This document shows positions 27,517 through 36,901 of a stretch of DNA of 46,168 nt, one piece after another (the stretch's first letter is position 1; every line of letters begins with the position of its first letter). The notes beneath the pieces were generated by a model. The model saw nothing but the letters and a program-made list of their open reading frames with translations, had not been told where the DNA came from and did not search any database. The translations under genes were made by a program, and so were the position numbers. This stretch comes from an uncultured Muribaculaceae bacterium (GTDB lineage Bacteria > Bacillota_I > Bacilli_A > RF39 > UBA660). The DNA is taken from the NCBI GenBank assembly GCA_964370085.1, contig CAYJHI010000001.1, forward strand, positions 1 to 46,168, written 5' to 3'.

Positions 27517-28551
27517 ATGGTTATTAAATTTAGAAGTAATACTTTAGAAATGATTAAAGAAATAAAACGAATGCAGGCCAAAGTTTATAGTGGTGATGAA
27601 GATTTTGATTATGATAAAGAAATTAAAGAGGCACTTAGAGAAATAGAATGCTTGGAAAAACTAATTGATAATAAAGAAGATACTTATATTGAAGAAGTTG
27701 ATCCTGATTTTTTGAATTTTGTTGCTGCGATGCCAGATATACCTGTTATGTCTGTTGAGAATATGGATAGCGATGAGTTGATTGAGAGTTCTGAATATGA
27801 GGATTATGCTAACTTTGGTATGGAGTTATTAAATAATGTTGATGAAAATAAAGCGAGGGAACTTATTAATTTTTTGATGCTTTGTTATTATGAAGAATTT
27901 TATAATGAAGAAAATTTTTTGGTAGATTGTATTAAGTCGTATGATGGTGAAGATAATATTTCTTTCATTAGAGAATATCCAAATACTATTTATCATTTGT
28001 TAACTAATTTTGAAATGATTTCGGCTCTTTCAATTAGTGATTTAGTTGTAATGAAAAAACAAGTTGTTAAAGATAGTAAACAGAGTAGTTCTTTTTTTAG
28101 AAGTTTGATGCCTTTATATTTTACTGATTTAGTAGTTTTAGAAATGCAACTTTTATATGAAACTAGTGAGGATTTTTCTTTAGAAGAGGAGGAATTTTTA
28201 AACTCTTTAAATATTGGTAGTGATAATTTAATTAATGATTCGTTATTGTTATTTAATTCTTATGGTAATGAGATGAAGAAATTTTTATTACCTTCATTAT
28301 TGAATGGATTTTATGATTATACTAAAGGTAAAAGAAATTTTATTTCTATTTCCAAATTGGAACGTAAATTAATTAGAGACTGTGAGAAAAATGAAAATAT
28401 AGTAGAAGAAATTATGAATAACGAAGAGGATATGCAGGTTGTTCTTCGTGGTTATTTTAATAACAATAAATCTTATTATTCTAAAGAATTACCTAATCAT
28501 GAGTTTGAAACGGATCATTTAGCAATTACTAAAACAATAATAAAAAAATAG
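27517..28551 (+). CDS. Acidic protein of unknown family, paralog A (344 aa)
   Basis: Good RBS. Shares collinear blocks with the next gene: M.IKF..N, L.YYE(E/D)FYN..(E/D)NF, EYPN..(Y/F)HL, YFT(D/E)L and the C-terminal PNH..ETDH.AI.KT. Confidence 0.8.
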   Translation: MVIKFRSNTLEMIKEIKRMQAKVYSGDEDFDYDKEIKEALREIECLEKLIDNKEDTYIEEVDPDFLNFVAAMPDIPVMSVENMDSDELIESSEYEDYANFGMELLNNVDENKARELINFLMLCYYEEFYNEENFLVDCIKSYDGEDNISFIREYPNTIYHLLTNFEMISALSISDLVVMKKQVVKDSKQSSSFFRSLMPLYFTDLVVLEMQLLYETSEDFSLEEEEFLNSLNIGSDNLINDSLLLFNSYGNEMKKFLLPSLLNGFYDYTKGKRNFISISKLERKLIRDCEKNENIVEEIMNNEEDMQVVLRGYFNNNKSYYSKELPNHEFETDHLAITKTIIKK

Positions 28552-28561
28552 GAGTACATTT

Positions 28562-29542
28562 ATGATATTGAAATTTAAAATTAATTGTTATGAAATTGCA
28601 AATGAAATAGATGCTTTATGTAGTTCTATTGATGATGATATTGAAGAAAGAATTTCTGATTCTAATGACGATGATGATTGTGATGAGTATGATGAAGAAC
28701 TACGAGAATTATCTAAAAGTGATATGAGTGCTGATGATACTTTGGAAGATGTTAGTTATGATGATGTTTTTGTTACTTTTTCAGAATATCTAATCAAAGA
28801 GTATGATACTAATAAATTGGCAGTTATAGATACTATTTGTTTTTTAACTCTTTTGTACTATGAAGATTTTTATAATGATGTTGATAATTTTTTTATAGAT
28901 TCTTTGGATGATTTAGATAGTAGTTCTATTGCTCCTTTTGTGTTAGAAGAATATCCTAATATCTTTTTTCATTTAATGAATCATTATGATAATTTGAATT
29001 TGTTATCTCTTTCTAATATGATTGTTAGGCGAGAAACAGTAATAGAAAAAAGTGGTAAGGATAAAGAATTTTTTACTAAATATAGACCTGAGTATTTTAC
29101 AGAGCTTTCTTTATTGAAAATGCGTTTTGTATATGAAAATGGTCCTTACTATTCATTAATAGAAGATTTATATGTTGATGAGATTGATCAATTTGATAAT
29201 CTTTCTATTGAGGATTGTGTTCGTACATATAAAAATATTTCTAAGGATGATAAACCGGTTATGTTTGGCAGAATGTGGAAAGATTTTTTAGAGTATACAG
29301 AAGGTAAACAATATTTTACTAAACTTAGTATAGAAGAAATAACTTTACTTAATATGATTAAAGAGAATGAAACTGTTAATTTAGAATCTTTTGAGAATTC
29401 TTCTATGATGAATACTTTGATACAGGGGTATTTAGATAATAGTGCATCTTATTTTGAGAAAAAGTTTCCTAATCATAATTATGAAACTGATCATATTGCT
29501 ATTGAAAAAACATTTTCTAAAAAGAAAAAAGATACTATATAA
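28562..29542 (+). CDS. Acidic protein of unknown family, paralog B (326 aa)
   Basis: Starts 10 nt after paralog A with a GGAG RBS. Shares the same conserved blocks (LLYYEDFYNDVDNF, EEYPNIFFHL, PNHNYETDHIAIEKT). D/E-rich N-terminal third. Confidence 0.8.
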   Translation: MILKFKINCYEIANEIDALCSSIDDDIEERISDSNDDDDCDEYDEELRELSKSDMSADDTLEDVSYDDVFVTFSEYLIKEYDTNKLAVIDTICFLTLLYYEDFYNDVDNFFIDSLDDLDSSSIAPFVLEEYPNIFFHLMNHYDNLNLLSLSNMIVRRETVIEKSGKDKEFFTKYRPEYFTELSLLKMRFVYENGPYYSLIEDLYVDEIDQFDNLSIEDCVRTYKNISKDDKPVMFGRMWKDFLEYTEGKQYFTKLSIEEITLLNMIKENETVNLESFENSSMMNTLIQGYLDNSASYFEKKFPNHNYETDHIAIEKTFSKKKKDTI

Positions 29543-29560
29543 TATAGTATCTATTTTTTT
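29531..29560. terminator. Bidirectional terminator between paralog B and rnj
   Basis: GATACTATAT-a-ATATAGTATC (10-bp arms) flanked by A6 and T7 runs. Contains both stop codons. Confidence 0.75.
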
Positions 29561-31224
29561 ATGTCTAATATTACTGGTAGAATAATTGGTCTTCTTCCGG
29601 TTAATTGTTGAACGTATGTATTTAGTTCTGTGATTAATTGATATTTTATATCGTTAAAATTAATTGATGTTTTACTTAGTTCTGTACGGATGACATTACT
29701 AGCTTGCATTTCAATTTTACGTATTAATTCTTCATTTTGATTAATAAGAACGAATCCTCGTGTTGTTATGTTAGGTTTGATTAATAATTGTTTCTTTTCG
29801 GCATCGATATTGGCAATTACTACTAATATTCCATCATTGGACATTAGTTTACGGTCTCTTAAGACTGTTCCTCCAACTTCACCAATACGGCTACCGTCAA
29901 CATATACATCTTGTGCTGGGATACTTTCACCTTTAGTGACAGTACCTTTGTCTAAAATTAAGCTGTCTCCATTTTGTAAAACATATGTGTTTTCTTTTGG
30001 TATACCACAATCTATTCCTAGTTCTGCATGATGTCTAAGCATACGATAGTCACCATGGAATGGCATAAGATATTTTGGCATTAGTAGACGTAACATTAAT
30101 TTTAATTCTTCTTCATTAGCATGTCCAGATGTATGTAAATCACTCATAAAAGTATTAGTGAAAACTTTTACACCTTTTAAGTATAACTTATTGATTGTTT
30201 TAGAAATACTTAATGCGTTACCTGGAATAGCAGAAGATGAGAAGACAACAATGTCATCTGGTCTTAATTTTATTTGTCTATGAGTTCCTTCGGCAATACG
30301 AGATAGGGCTGCAAGTGGTTCTCCTTGAGATCCAGTACATAATATCGCAACATCTTTTGGTTTTAATTGATTTGCTTCTTCAGCAGTTATCAGTAGTTCT
30401 TTATGATTGATATATCCACCATTCATGGAAATGTTGATGTTGTTTTCCATACTTCGTCCGAAGATACATATTTTTCTGTTTTGTTTGTAACATGTTTCTA
30501 CGATATGTTTTAAGCGATAGATGTTAGAAGCGAATGTCGCAAGAATAATTCTCTTTGTTTTATTTTTTTCAAAAATATTATATAGAGCGTCATCTACTCG
30601 TGATTCACTTAAACTAATTCCAGTATTTAAGGCATTAGTACTATCACTTAGTAATAGGGTTACTCCTTTTTTACCAATATCAGCCATTTTGTGTATATCG
30701 GCCATTGGTCCAATTGGAGTTAAATCGAATTTAAAATCTCCTGTAGTAACTATTCTTCCATCTGGGGTATTAACAGAAATACCATGTGCATCTGGAATAG
30801 AGTGAGTTACACGGAAGAATTCAACTTCCATCTTTTTAAATTTTAGTATTGTTTCATCGGTATAGGCGAATAATGTATCATAACGTATGTTACGATCTGC
30901 TAATTTAATTGTAATCAATTCTTTAGCTTGGTTAGGAGCATAGATCATTGGAATTTTTACAGATTGTAATAAAAACGGAATACCACCAATATGGTCTTCG
31001 TGTCCATGCGTAATAATCAATGCTTTAATTTTATCTTCGTTTTGTTTTAAAAAAGTATAATCTGGTATAACATAGTCAATACCTAGTAGGTCTCCTTCTG
31101 GGAAACTTACTCCCGCGTCAATAATTATAATTTCGTCTTCATGCATTACACAATACATGTTTTTTCCGACTTCGCCTAAACCACCTAAAACAACAAGTTT
31201 TGTTTTATTGTTTTTTTGGTTCAT
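29551..31224 (-). CDS. rnj: Ribonuclease J
   Basis: 557 aa. Metallo-beta-lactamase/beta-CASP fold, with HGHEDHIGG, GDFK and HTSGHA. Confidence 0.95.
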   Translation of the reverse strand: MNQKNNKTKLVVLGGLGEVGKNMYCVMHEDEIIIIDAGVSFPEGDLLGIDYVIPDYTFLKQNEDKIKALIITHGHEDHIGGIPFLLQSVKIPMIYAPNQAKELITIKLADRNIRYDTLFAYTDETILKFKKMEVEFFRVTHSIPDAHGISVNTPDGRIVTTGDFKFDLTPIGPMADIHKMADIGKKGVTLLLSDSTNALNTGISLSESRVDDALYNIFEKNKTKRIILATFASNIYRLKHIVETCYKQNRKICIFGRSMENNINISMNGGYINHKELLITAEEANQLKPKDVAILCTGSQGEPLAALSRIAEGTHRQIKLRPDDIVVFSSSAIPGNALSISKTINKLYLKGVKVFTNTFMSDLHTSGHANEEELKLMLRLLMPKYLMPFHGDYRMLRHHAELGIDCGIPKENTYVLQNGDSLILDKGTVTKGESIPAQDVYVDGSRIGEVGGTVLRDRKLMSNDGILVVIANIDAEKKQLLIKPNITTRGFVLINQNEELIRKIEMQASNVIRTELSKTSINFNDIKYQLITELNTYVQQLTGRRPIILPVILDIKK

Positions 31225-31393
31225 ATTTTTTCCTTTCCTTTAAGTTAATTTTATAATATAAAGAACTAACCTATAAGATTATACTATTTTTTTCAAGTTT
31301 TGTCTATTAGTTTGCTTATATTAGTAAAAAAGAGTGTAAATTATAATAGGAAATGATATACTAGATATATCTATAAATCAGGGAGGATCATGT

Positions 31394-32572
31394 ATGGGAT
31401 TATTTAATAAAATTAAAAATATGTTTGCTAAAAAGGATGTTAGTGTAGAAGAAGAACATATTGAAATAGATAAAAATGAAGATGTTGAAGAGGAATCTGT
31501 CGAGATAGCAGAAGAGTCTGTTAATGTAGTAGAAGATGTTTCGTCTAAAAATAGCGAAGAAGAAATAGTAGATGCTGTTTATGAAGAAATTGAAGAAGAA
31601 GATTACGAAGATAATGAGATTGAAGAAGTTAGTGGTGAAACTTTTGAAGAAGTGGAAATTTATGAAAAAGGTTTAACTAAATCACGTGAGAGTTTTGTTT
31701 CTAAATTAGTTAATTTGACAAATCGTTATAAAAAAATTACTGATGATTATTTTGATGAATTAGAAGAAGTTTTAATTATGGCTGATATTGGTGTTAATAC
31801 AGTTATGGATTTTATAGATCGTTTGAAAAAACGTGTATATGAAGAAAAAATTACTGATACAGAACTTCTTAATGAATTGATTGTTGATGAGTTATTTATT
31901 ATATATGTTGATGATAGTGTTCTTTCAACTAAAATTAATTATCAGGAAGAAGGACCTACTGTTATTTTGATGGTTGGTGTTAATGGAGTAGGAAAGACAA
32001 CTACAATTGGTAAATTAGCTGCTAAAGAAAAAGATATGGGTAAAAAAGTTTTATTAGTAGGTGCGGATACGTTTAGAGCAGGTGCAACTGAACAATTAAA
32101 TGAATGGGCTAAGAGAATTGGAGTTGACTACTATGGTGGTAGTGAAAATGCTGATCCTGCTTCTGTTACTTTTGATGGTGTAAAAAAAGCTAATGAGGAA
32201 AATTATGATGTTGTCTTTGTTGATACGGCAGGTAGATTACAAAATAAAGTTAATTTAATGAAAGAATTAGAAAAAATCAACAGTGTAATGAGTAGAATTG
32301 TTGATAACGCTCCACATGAGACATTGTTAGTAATTGATGCTACTACTGGTCAAAATGGAATATCTCAAGCAAAGAGTTTTAAAGATATAACTGGTGTTAC
32401 CGGAATAGTGCTTACTAAATTAGATGGAACTGCCAAAGGTGGGATTGTTTTAGCTATTAAAGAAGAAGTTGATATACCGGTTAAGTTTATTGGATTTGGT
32501 GAATCTAAGAATGATTTACAAGTATTCGATGTTGAAAAATATATATATGGTTTATTTAAGGAAATGATGTAA
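31394..32572 (+). CDS. ftsY: Signal recognition particle receptor FtsY
   Basis: Acidic N-terminal region followed by an NG domain: [41 protein letters not shown]. Confidence 0.96.
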   Translation: MGLFNKIKNMFAKKDVSVEEEHIEIDKNEDVEEESVEIAEESVNVVEDVSSKNSEEEIVDAVYEEIEEEDYEDNEIEEVSGETFEEVEIYEKGLTKSRESFVSKLVNLTNRYKKITDDYFDELEEVLIMADIGVNTVMDFIDRLKKRVYEEKITDTELLNELIVDELFIIYVDDSVLSTKINYQEEGPTVILMVGVNGVGKTTTIGKLAAKEKDMGKKVLLVGADTFRAGATEQLNEWAKRIGVDYYGGSENADPASVTFDGVKKANEENYDVVFVDTAGRLQNKVNLMKELEKINSVMSRIVDNAPHETLLVIDATTGQNGISQAKSFKDITGVTGIVLTKLDGTAKGGIVLAIKEEVDIPVKFIGFGESKNDLQVFDVEKYIYGLFKEMM

Positions 32573-32805
32573 TGAAAAAGAAGATAGGTTTATATTTACA
32601 GGGGATTTTTACTTTATTAGCAATTGTATTTGCAATTGTGTCTATTTTTAATAATGATTTTATTATTGTTATTCAAATGCTTTTAGGTCTTGATTTATTA
32701 GCTATGGCGTATAATAATCAGGTCTTATATAAAAGAAGGCTATTTACTATTTTGTATGTTGTGGCAGCTTTAGTAGTTATTGTTATGTCACTAATTGGAG
32801 TGTGA
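32572..32805 (+). CDS. Small two-TM membrane protein (77 aa)
   Basis: Start overlaps the ftsY stop (TAATG). Two hydrophobic helices. Confidence 0.55.
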   Translation: MKKKIGLYLQGIFTLLAIVFAIVSIFNNDFIIVIQMLLGLDLLAMAYNNQVLYKRRLFTILYVVAALVVIVMSLIGV

Positions 32806-32811
32806 TTGTAA

Positions 32812-33099
32812 ATGGATAAGACAATTTATTTAAATCAGTTGTATGATTTTTATCAAGATTTGCTTACAGATAAACAACGTAATTATTTTGAAAGATATTA
32901 TTTTGATAATTTATCGCTTAGTGAAATAGCAGAAGAATATGGGGTTAGTCGTAATGCTGTTTCTAAACAGTTGGATATTATAGAAAAGAAGTTATCTGAT
33001 TATGAAGGTAAATTAAATTTATCTTTAAAAAAGAGTAAAGTATTAGAATTAGTTTCTAATGATGAATTGCTTTATAATAAGATTAATGATATATTGTAA
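32812..33099 (+). CDS. ylxM: YlxM/p13-like putative DNA-binding protein (UPF0122)
   Basis: LYDFYQDLLTDKQRNYFERYYFDNLSLSEIAEEYGVSRNAVSKQL is collinear with B. subtilis YlxM. Confidence 0.9.
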   Translation: MDKTIYLNQLYDFYQDLLTDKQRNYFERYYFDNLSLSEIAEEYGVSRNAVSKQLDIIEKKLSDYEGKLNLSLKKSKVLELVSNDELLYNKINDIL

Positions 33100-33119
33100 A
33101 AGAATAAGAGGGTGTAATT

Positions 33120-35105
33120 ATGTTTGATAGAATAGTGTATCTTAGTGATAAAATTGCTCATGTTAAATTGAAAGAAAATGTTTCTTTAGCAGTTAATTTA
33201 ATGAATCTTCATATTGTATTTGAGGATCAGGATAAGAAAATATTAGGGGAAATTGATGATCTTAATGAGGGTGTTGCTAAAGTTAGAATGCTAGGGGAAT
33301 ATGTTAATGGTTCTTTATATAGTGGTGTTATTAGAAAACCTACTATGAATGCTACTATTAGAGTTATTTCTAAAGAAGAGATTCCTTCTATTTTAGGGGA
33401 AGATACTGAAGGTAATATGTTGTTGGGAGTTAGTCCGTTTTATAATGATTATCCGGTATATTTTGATGTTAATAATTTCTTTAGTAATCACTTTGCAATA
33501 TTAGGTAGTACTGGTAGTGGGAAGTCTTGTGGTATTGCAAGGGTTATTCAGAATATTTTTACTAGTAAGAATATTGAACCATATAAGGCTAATTTGATAA
33601 TGATTGATTCTTCTGGGGAATATTATAATGCTTTTAATGCTATTAATCAGATTAATCCTAAATATAATTATCGTTTTTTAACTACTAATGTTAGTGAAGA
33701 AAAAGGGGAAAGATTAGTTTTACCTATTTGGTTATTAGATTCTACTGATATATCACAGTTATTGTCTGTTACTAATCATGCTCAATTACCAATTATAGAA
33801 AGAATGCTTAAGTTAGCACTTATTTTTGGTGAAGATGATAGTAAAGCTTTAAATTATAAGAATCATTTAATTGCGAAAGCTATTATGTCAATTTTATATT
33901 CTAATGAGACTTCTTCTAATAAGAGAAATGAAGTATTTACTATATTAGCTAATTGTTCAACGGGACAGTTTAATTTAGAATCACCTGTACAAGGTATAGG
34001 ATATGTTAGAAAACTTAGAGAGTGTTTCTTAATTGACTCTAGTGGTAATTTTAGTGAGAGTGTATTATTAACTGAATATGTTTCATCTTTTATAAAACAA
34101 GAATACGATAATTATGAGCCTAGTGAGGATGTTTATTATACATTAGAAGATTTAGAAAAAGCACTTAACTTTACATTAATTAGTGAAGGTTGGTTAAGAA
34201 ATTCTAATACTTATGGTGATGCGATTACTTTGAGAGTTAGATTACACTCATTAGTTATTAGTGGGTATTCTAAGTTCTTTAAATGTGATAAATATATTAC
34301 TAAAGAAGAATATGTACAAAGTTTATTAGAGAAAGATGGTAGAAAGTATCAGTTTGTTAATATAAACTTAGATGATGTAGATGATGACTTTGCTAAAGCT
34401 TTAACTAAGATTTATTCTAATATTTTATTTAAGTTTACTAAAGATTTAACTCAAAGAGCGACTATTCCTATACATATATTAGTAGAGGAAGCTCATCGTT
34501 ATATTCAAAATGATGATGATAGATATTTATATGGATATAATATCTTTAATAGAATTGCTAAAGAAGGTAGAAAGTATGGATTGTTATTAGGGCTTATTTC
34601 ACAGAGACCTGTTGAATTATCTGATACTGTTATATCTCAGTGTTCTAACTTTATGATATTTAAGATGAATCATCCTGTAGATGTAGAATATATAAGAAAA
34701 ATGATTCCTAATATTAGTGATGAAATAGTAGAGAAGCAGAAGACGTTGCAGTCTGGTACTTGTTTAGGATTTGGTAGAGCATTTAGAATTCCTTTGATAG
34801 TTAAAATGAAAATGCCTGATCCAGAACCTAGTAGTGGTAACTGTGATGTTGTTAAAACATGGAAGCAAGCTGTTGTTCAACCTGGTATTATTAATCCGGT
34901 TATTAATGCTCAACCAGTAAACTCAGTTATTAATAATGTAAATAGTGTTTCGGCAGGTACTGGGGCAGTAGATAGTAGTATTAATACGGTTATAGATGAA
35001 GTTGCTGCTTCTGAAGATATTACTAATATATTACAAAGGTATAATGATAGTGGTCAAACTATTAATTTAGTAGATATTCCTGTTGTTAATGAAGAAAACA
35101 ATTAA
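33120..35105 (+). CDS. HerA/FtsK-clade (DUF87-like) P-loop ATPase, partnerless
   Basis: 661 aa. Beta-rich N-terminal ~120 aa (HAS-barrel-like). Walker A GSTGSGKS (aa 129-136), long helical insert, Walker B HILVEEAH (aa 452-459), and GLISQRP plus SQCSNFMIFKM downstream. ~90-aa N/V/I-rich tail. AGAGGGTG RBS 5 nt upstream. Starts 20 nt after ylxM with no terminator in between. Confidence 0.8.
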   Translation: MFDRIVYLSDKIAHVKLKENVSLAVNLMNLHIVFEDQDKKILGEIDDLNEGVAKVRMLGEYVNGSLYSGVIRKPTMNATIRVISKEEIPSILGEDTEGNMLLGVSPFYNDYPVYFDVNNFFSNHFAILGSTGSGKSCGIARVIQNIFTSKNIEPYKANLIMIDSSGEYYNAFNAINQINPKYNYRFLTTNVSEEKGERLVLPIWLLDSTDISQLLSVTNHAQLPIIERMLKLALIFGEDDSKALNYKNHLIAKAIMSILYSNETSSNKRNEVFTILANCSTGQFNLESPVQGIGYVRKLRECFLIDSSGNFSESVLLTEYVSSFIKQEYDNYEPSEDVYYTLEDLEKALNFTLISEGWLRNSNTYGDAITLRVRLHSLVISGYSKFFKCDKYITKEEYVQSLLEKDGRKYQFVNINLDDVDDDFAKALTKIYSNILFKFTKDLTQRATIPIHILVEEAHRYIQNDDDRYLYGYNIFNRIAKEGRKYGLLLGLISQRPVELSDTVISQCSNFMIFKMNHPVDVEYIRKMIPNISDEIVEKQKTLQSGTCLGFGRAFRIPLIVKMKMPDPEPSSGNCDVVKTWKQAVVQPGIINPVINAQPVNSVINNVNSVSAGTGAVDSSINTVIDEVAASEDITNILQRYNDSGQTINLVDIPVVNEENN

Positions 35106-35116
35106 ATATTATAGTT

Positions 35117-35151
35117 AAAAACCTTATTTGCTTGATAGATAAGGTTTTTTC
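35117..35151 (+). terminator. Rho-independent terminator after the HerA-like gene
   Basis: AAAACCTTAT-ttgcttgatag-ATAAGGTTTT hairpin plus a T-run. Confidence 0.8.
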
Positions 35152-35160
35152 TTATATAAT
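35132..35160 (+). promoter_or_regulatory. Sigma-A promoter of ffh, embedded in the preceding terminator
   Basis: TTGATA (in the hairpin loop), a 17-nt spacer, then TATAAT. The ATG at 35178 follows a GGTGA RBS, which implies a very short leader. Confidence 0.55.
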
Positions 35161-35177
35161 AGATTATGGTGATATAA

Positions 35178-36476
35178 ATGTTTGAAAGTTTAGGAGATCG
35201 CTTACAGAATGCGATTCATAAGATAAAAGGTTATGGTAAAATAACAGAAGATAATATTGGAGAAATGCTTAGAGAAATTAGATTGGCATTATTAGAAGCG
35301 GATGTTAACTATAAAGTAGTTAAAGAGTTTACTAATAAGGTTAAAGAAAAATCTTTAGGTGAGGATGTACAAAAGAGTATTAAACCTGGTGATTTGTTTG
35401 TTAAGATTGTTAAAGATGAACTTACTGAATTATTAGGAGGAGAGAGTTCTCCTTTAAATACTAAGGGTAATCCTGCGATATTGATGTTAGTTGGTTTACA
35501 GGGTAGTGGTAAAACTACAGCGATTGGGAAGTTATCTAATTTACTTCGTAAGAAACATGCTAAGAAGCCTTTGATGGTTGCGTGTGATATTTATCGTCCT
35601 GCAGCAATTGATCAGTTAAAACAACTGGGTAAGCAGCTTAATATTGAAGTATATGATGAGGGTACTAATAATCCAGTAGAAACTTCTAAGAATGCTATTA
35701 AGTATGCTAAGGATAATGGATATGATTATGTTTTAATTGATACAGCGGGTAGATTACATGTTGATGATACTTTAATGGATGAAATTAAAAATATAGAAGA
35801 GGAAGTTAAACCTCAAGAAGTATTATTAGTTATTGATTCAATGATGGGTCAAGATGCTATTAATGTTATTAATGGGTTTAATGATGTAATGGATTTAACG
35901 GGAGTTATTCTTACTAAGTTAGATGGTGATACTAGAGGTGGTGTAGCACTTTCTGTTCGTCATTTAACTAATGTTCCAATTAAATTTATTGGGGTTAGTG
36001 AGAAATTAGATGGTATTGAATCATTTGATCCTGAGAGAATGTCTGGTCGTATATTAGGAATGGGTGATATTGTTTCTTTAGTAGAAAAAGCTCAAGAATC
36101 AATTGATCAAAAAGAAGCAGAGAAAACGGCTAAGCGTTTACAAAAAGGGAAATTCGATTTGGAAGATTTCTTATCTGCAATGAGACAGGTTCGTAAACTT
36201 GGACCACTGGAAAATATTATTAAGATGTTACCTGGAGCTGCTAAGATGGGTCTTAACAAAGTACAAATTGATCCTAAACAAATGGCTCATATAGAAGCCA
36301 TTGTCTTATCAATGACTGTTGAAGAAAGACGTAGTCCTGATATTATTAAAGCAACTCGTAAACAAAGAATTGCTAAAGGTGCTGGTTTACAAGTGCAAGA
36401 TGTTAATCAATTACTAACTCGTTTTGAAGAAATGAAAAAGATGATGAAGCAATTTGGTGGGAAGATGCCTTTTTAG
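35178..36476 (+). CDS. ffh: Signal recognition particle protein Ffh
   Basis: GLQGSGKTTAIGKL, DTAGRLH, TKLDGDTRGG, and a Met-rich M domain (KMLPGAAKMG...MKKMMKQFG). Confidence 0.97.
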   Translation: MFESLGDRLQNAIHKIKGYGKITEDNIGEMLREIRLALLEADVNYKVVKEFTNKVKEKSLGEDVQKSIKPGDLFVKIVKDELTELLGGESSPLNTKGNPAILMLVGLQGSGKTTAIGKLSNLLRKKHAKKPLMVACDIYRPAAIDQLKQLGKQLNIEVYDEGTNNPVETSKNAIKYAKDNGYDYVLIDTAGRLHVDDTLMDEIKNIEEEVKPQEVLLVIDSMMGQDAINVINGFNDVMDLTGVILTKLDGDTRGGVALSVRHLTNVPIKFIGVSEKLDGIESFDPERMSGRILGMGDIVSLVEKAQESIDQKEAEKTAKRLQKGKFDLEDFLSAMRQVRKLGPLENIIKMLPGAAKMGLNKVQIDPKQMAHIEAIVLSMTVEERRSPDIIKATRKQRIAKGAGLQVQDVNQLLTRFEEMKKMMKQFGGKMPF

Positions 36477-36525
36477 GTATCTTTCTTTTTTATGGGCGAA
36501 TACATATTCCTCTTTTAGAGATATT

Positions 36526-36534
36526 CATACTATA
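36526..36534 (+). promoter_or_regulatory. Mother-cell-type -10 element candidate upstream of the cotD-like gene
   Basis: CATACTATA fits the sigma-E/K -10 patterns (CATAcanT and CATAnnnTA). I found no convincing -35 element at the right spacing. Confidence 0.3.
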
Positions 36535-36552
36535 GATTAGAGGAGGTAGTTT

Positions 36553-36897
36553 ATGTTTTATAATAATGCTCGTCAAAACGAGATGAGTGCGACTTTTAGT
36601 GGTGATAATAATATTATTGACAACGATATGAATATCGATGTTAATATGATGATGCAAGCAGATATGCCTGCTATGCCAATGCCTATGCCAGGTACTATGC
36701 AACAACCTGTTTATGAACCTATGCAAGAAAAACTTGTTCATAAGACTATCATGCACGAAGTTCCGCATGTATGTCCTATCAAAACGCGTATAGTTAATCA
36801 TCATGTTTATAAACATACTTATAGACCTGAGTATAGTTGTTGTGAAGAAAACATGGTTGAAAATATTCAATGCGGTTCTTGTTGTCAATACAAATAA
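36553..36897 (+). CDS. cotD: CotD-like spore coat protein
   Basis: Strong GAGGAGG RBS and its own terminator. The His/Pro/Cys-rich C-terminal half (VHKTIMHEVPHVCPIKTRIVNHHVYKHTYRP..CC...CGSCC) resembles B. subtilis CotD (IVPHIHPQHTTNVNHQHFQHVHYFPH...CC). Met/Pro-rich N-terminal part. Confidence 0.6.
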   Translation: MFYNNARQNEMSATFSGDNNIIDNDMNIDVNMMMQADMPAMPMPMPGTMQQPVYEPMQEKLVHKTIMHEVPHVCPIKTRIVNHHVYKHTYRPEYSCCEENMVENIQCGSCCQYK

Positions 36898-36901
36898 TGT
36901 C

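Noticed and set aside
33120-35105. The HerA-like ATPase as a conjugative coupling protein, VirB4, or FtsK/SpoIIIE.
   Set aside because: It has no TM segments, no FtsK gamma domain and no neighbouring relaxase, T4SS or pilus genes. The Walker A to Walker B spacing, with a long helical insert and a beta-barrel N-terminus, fits HerA/DUF87 better. This rests on motif reading only.
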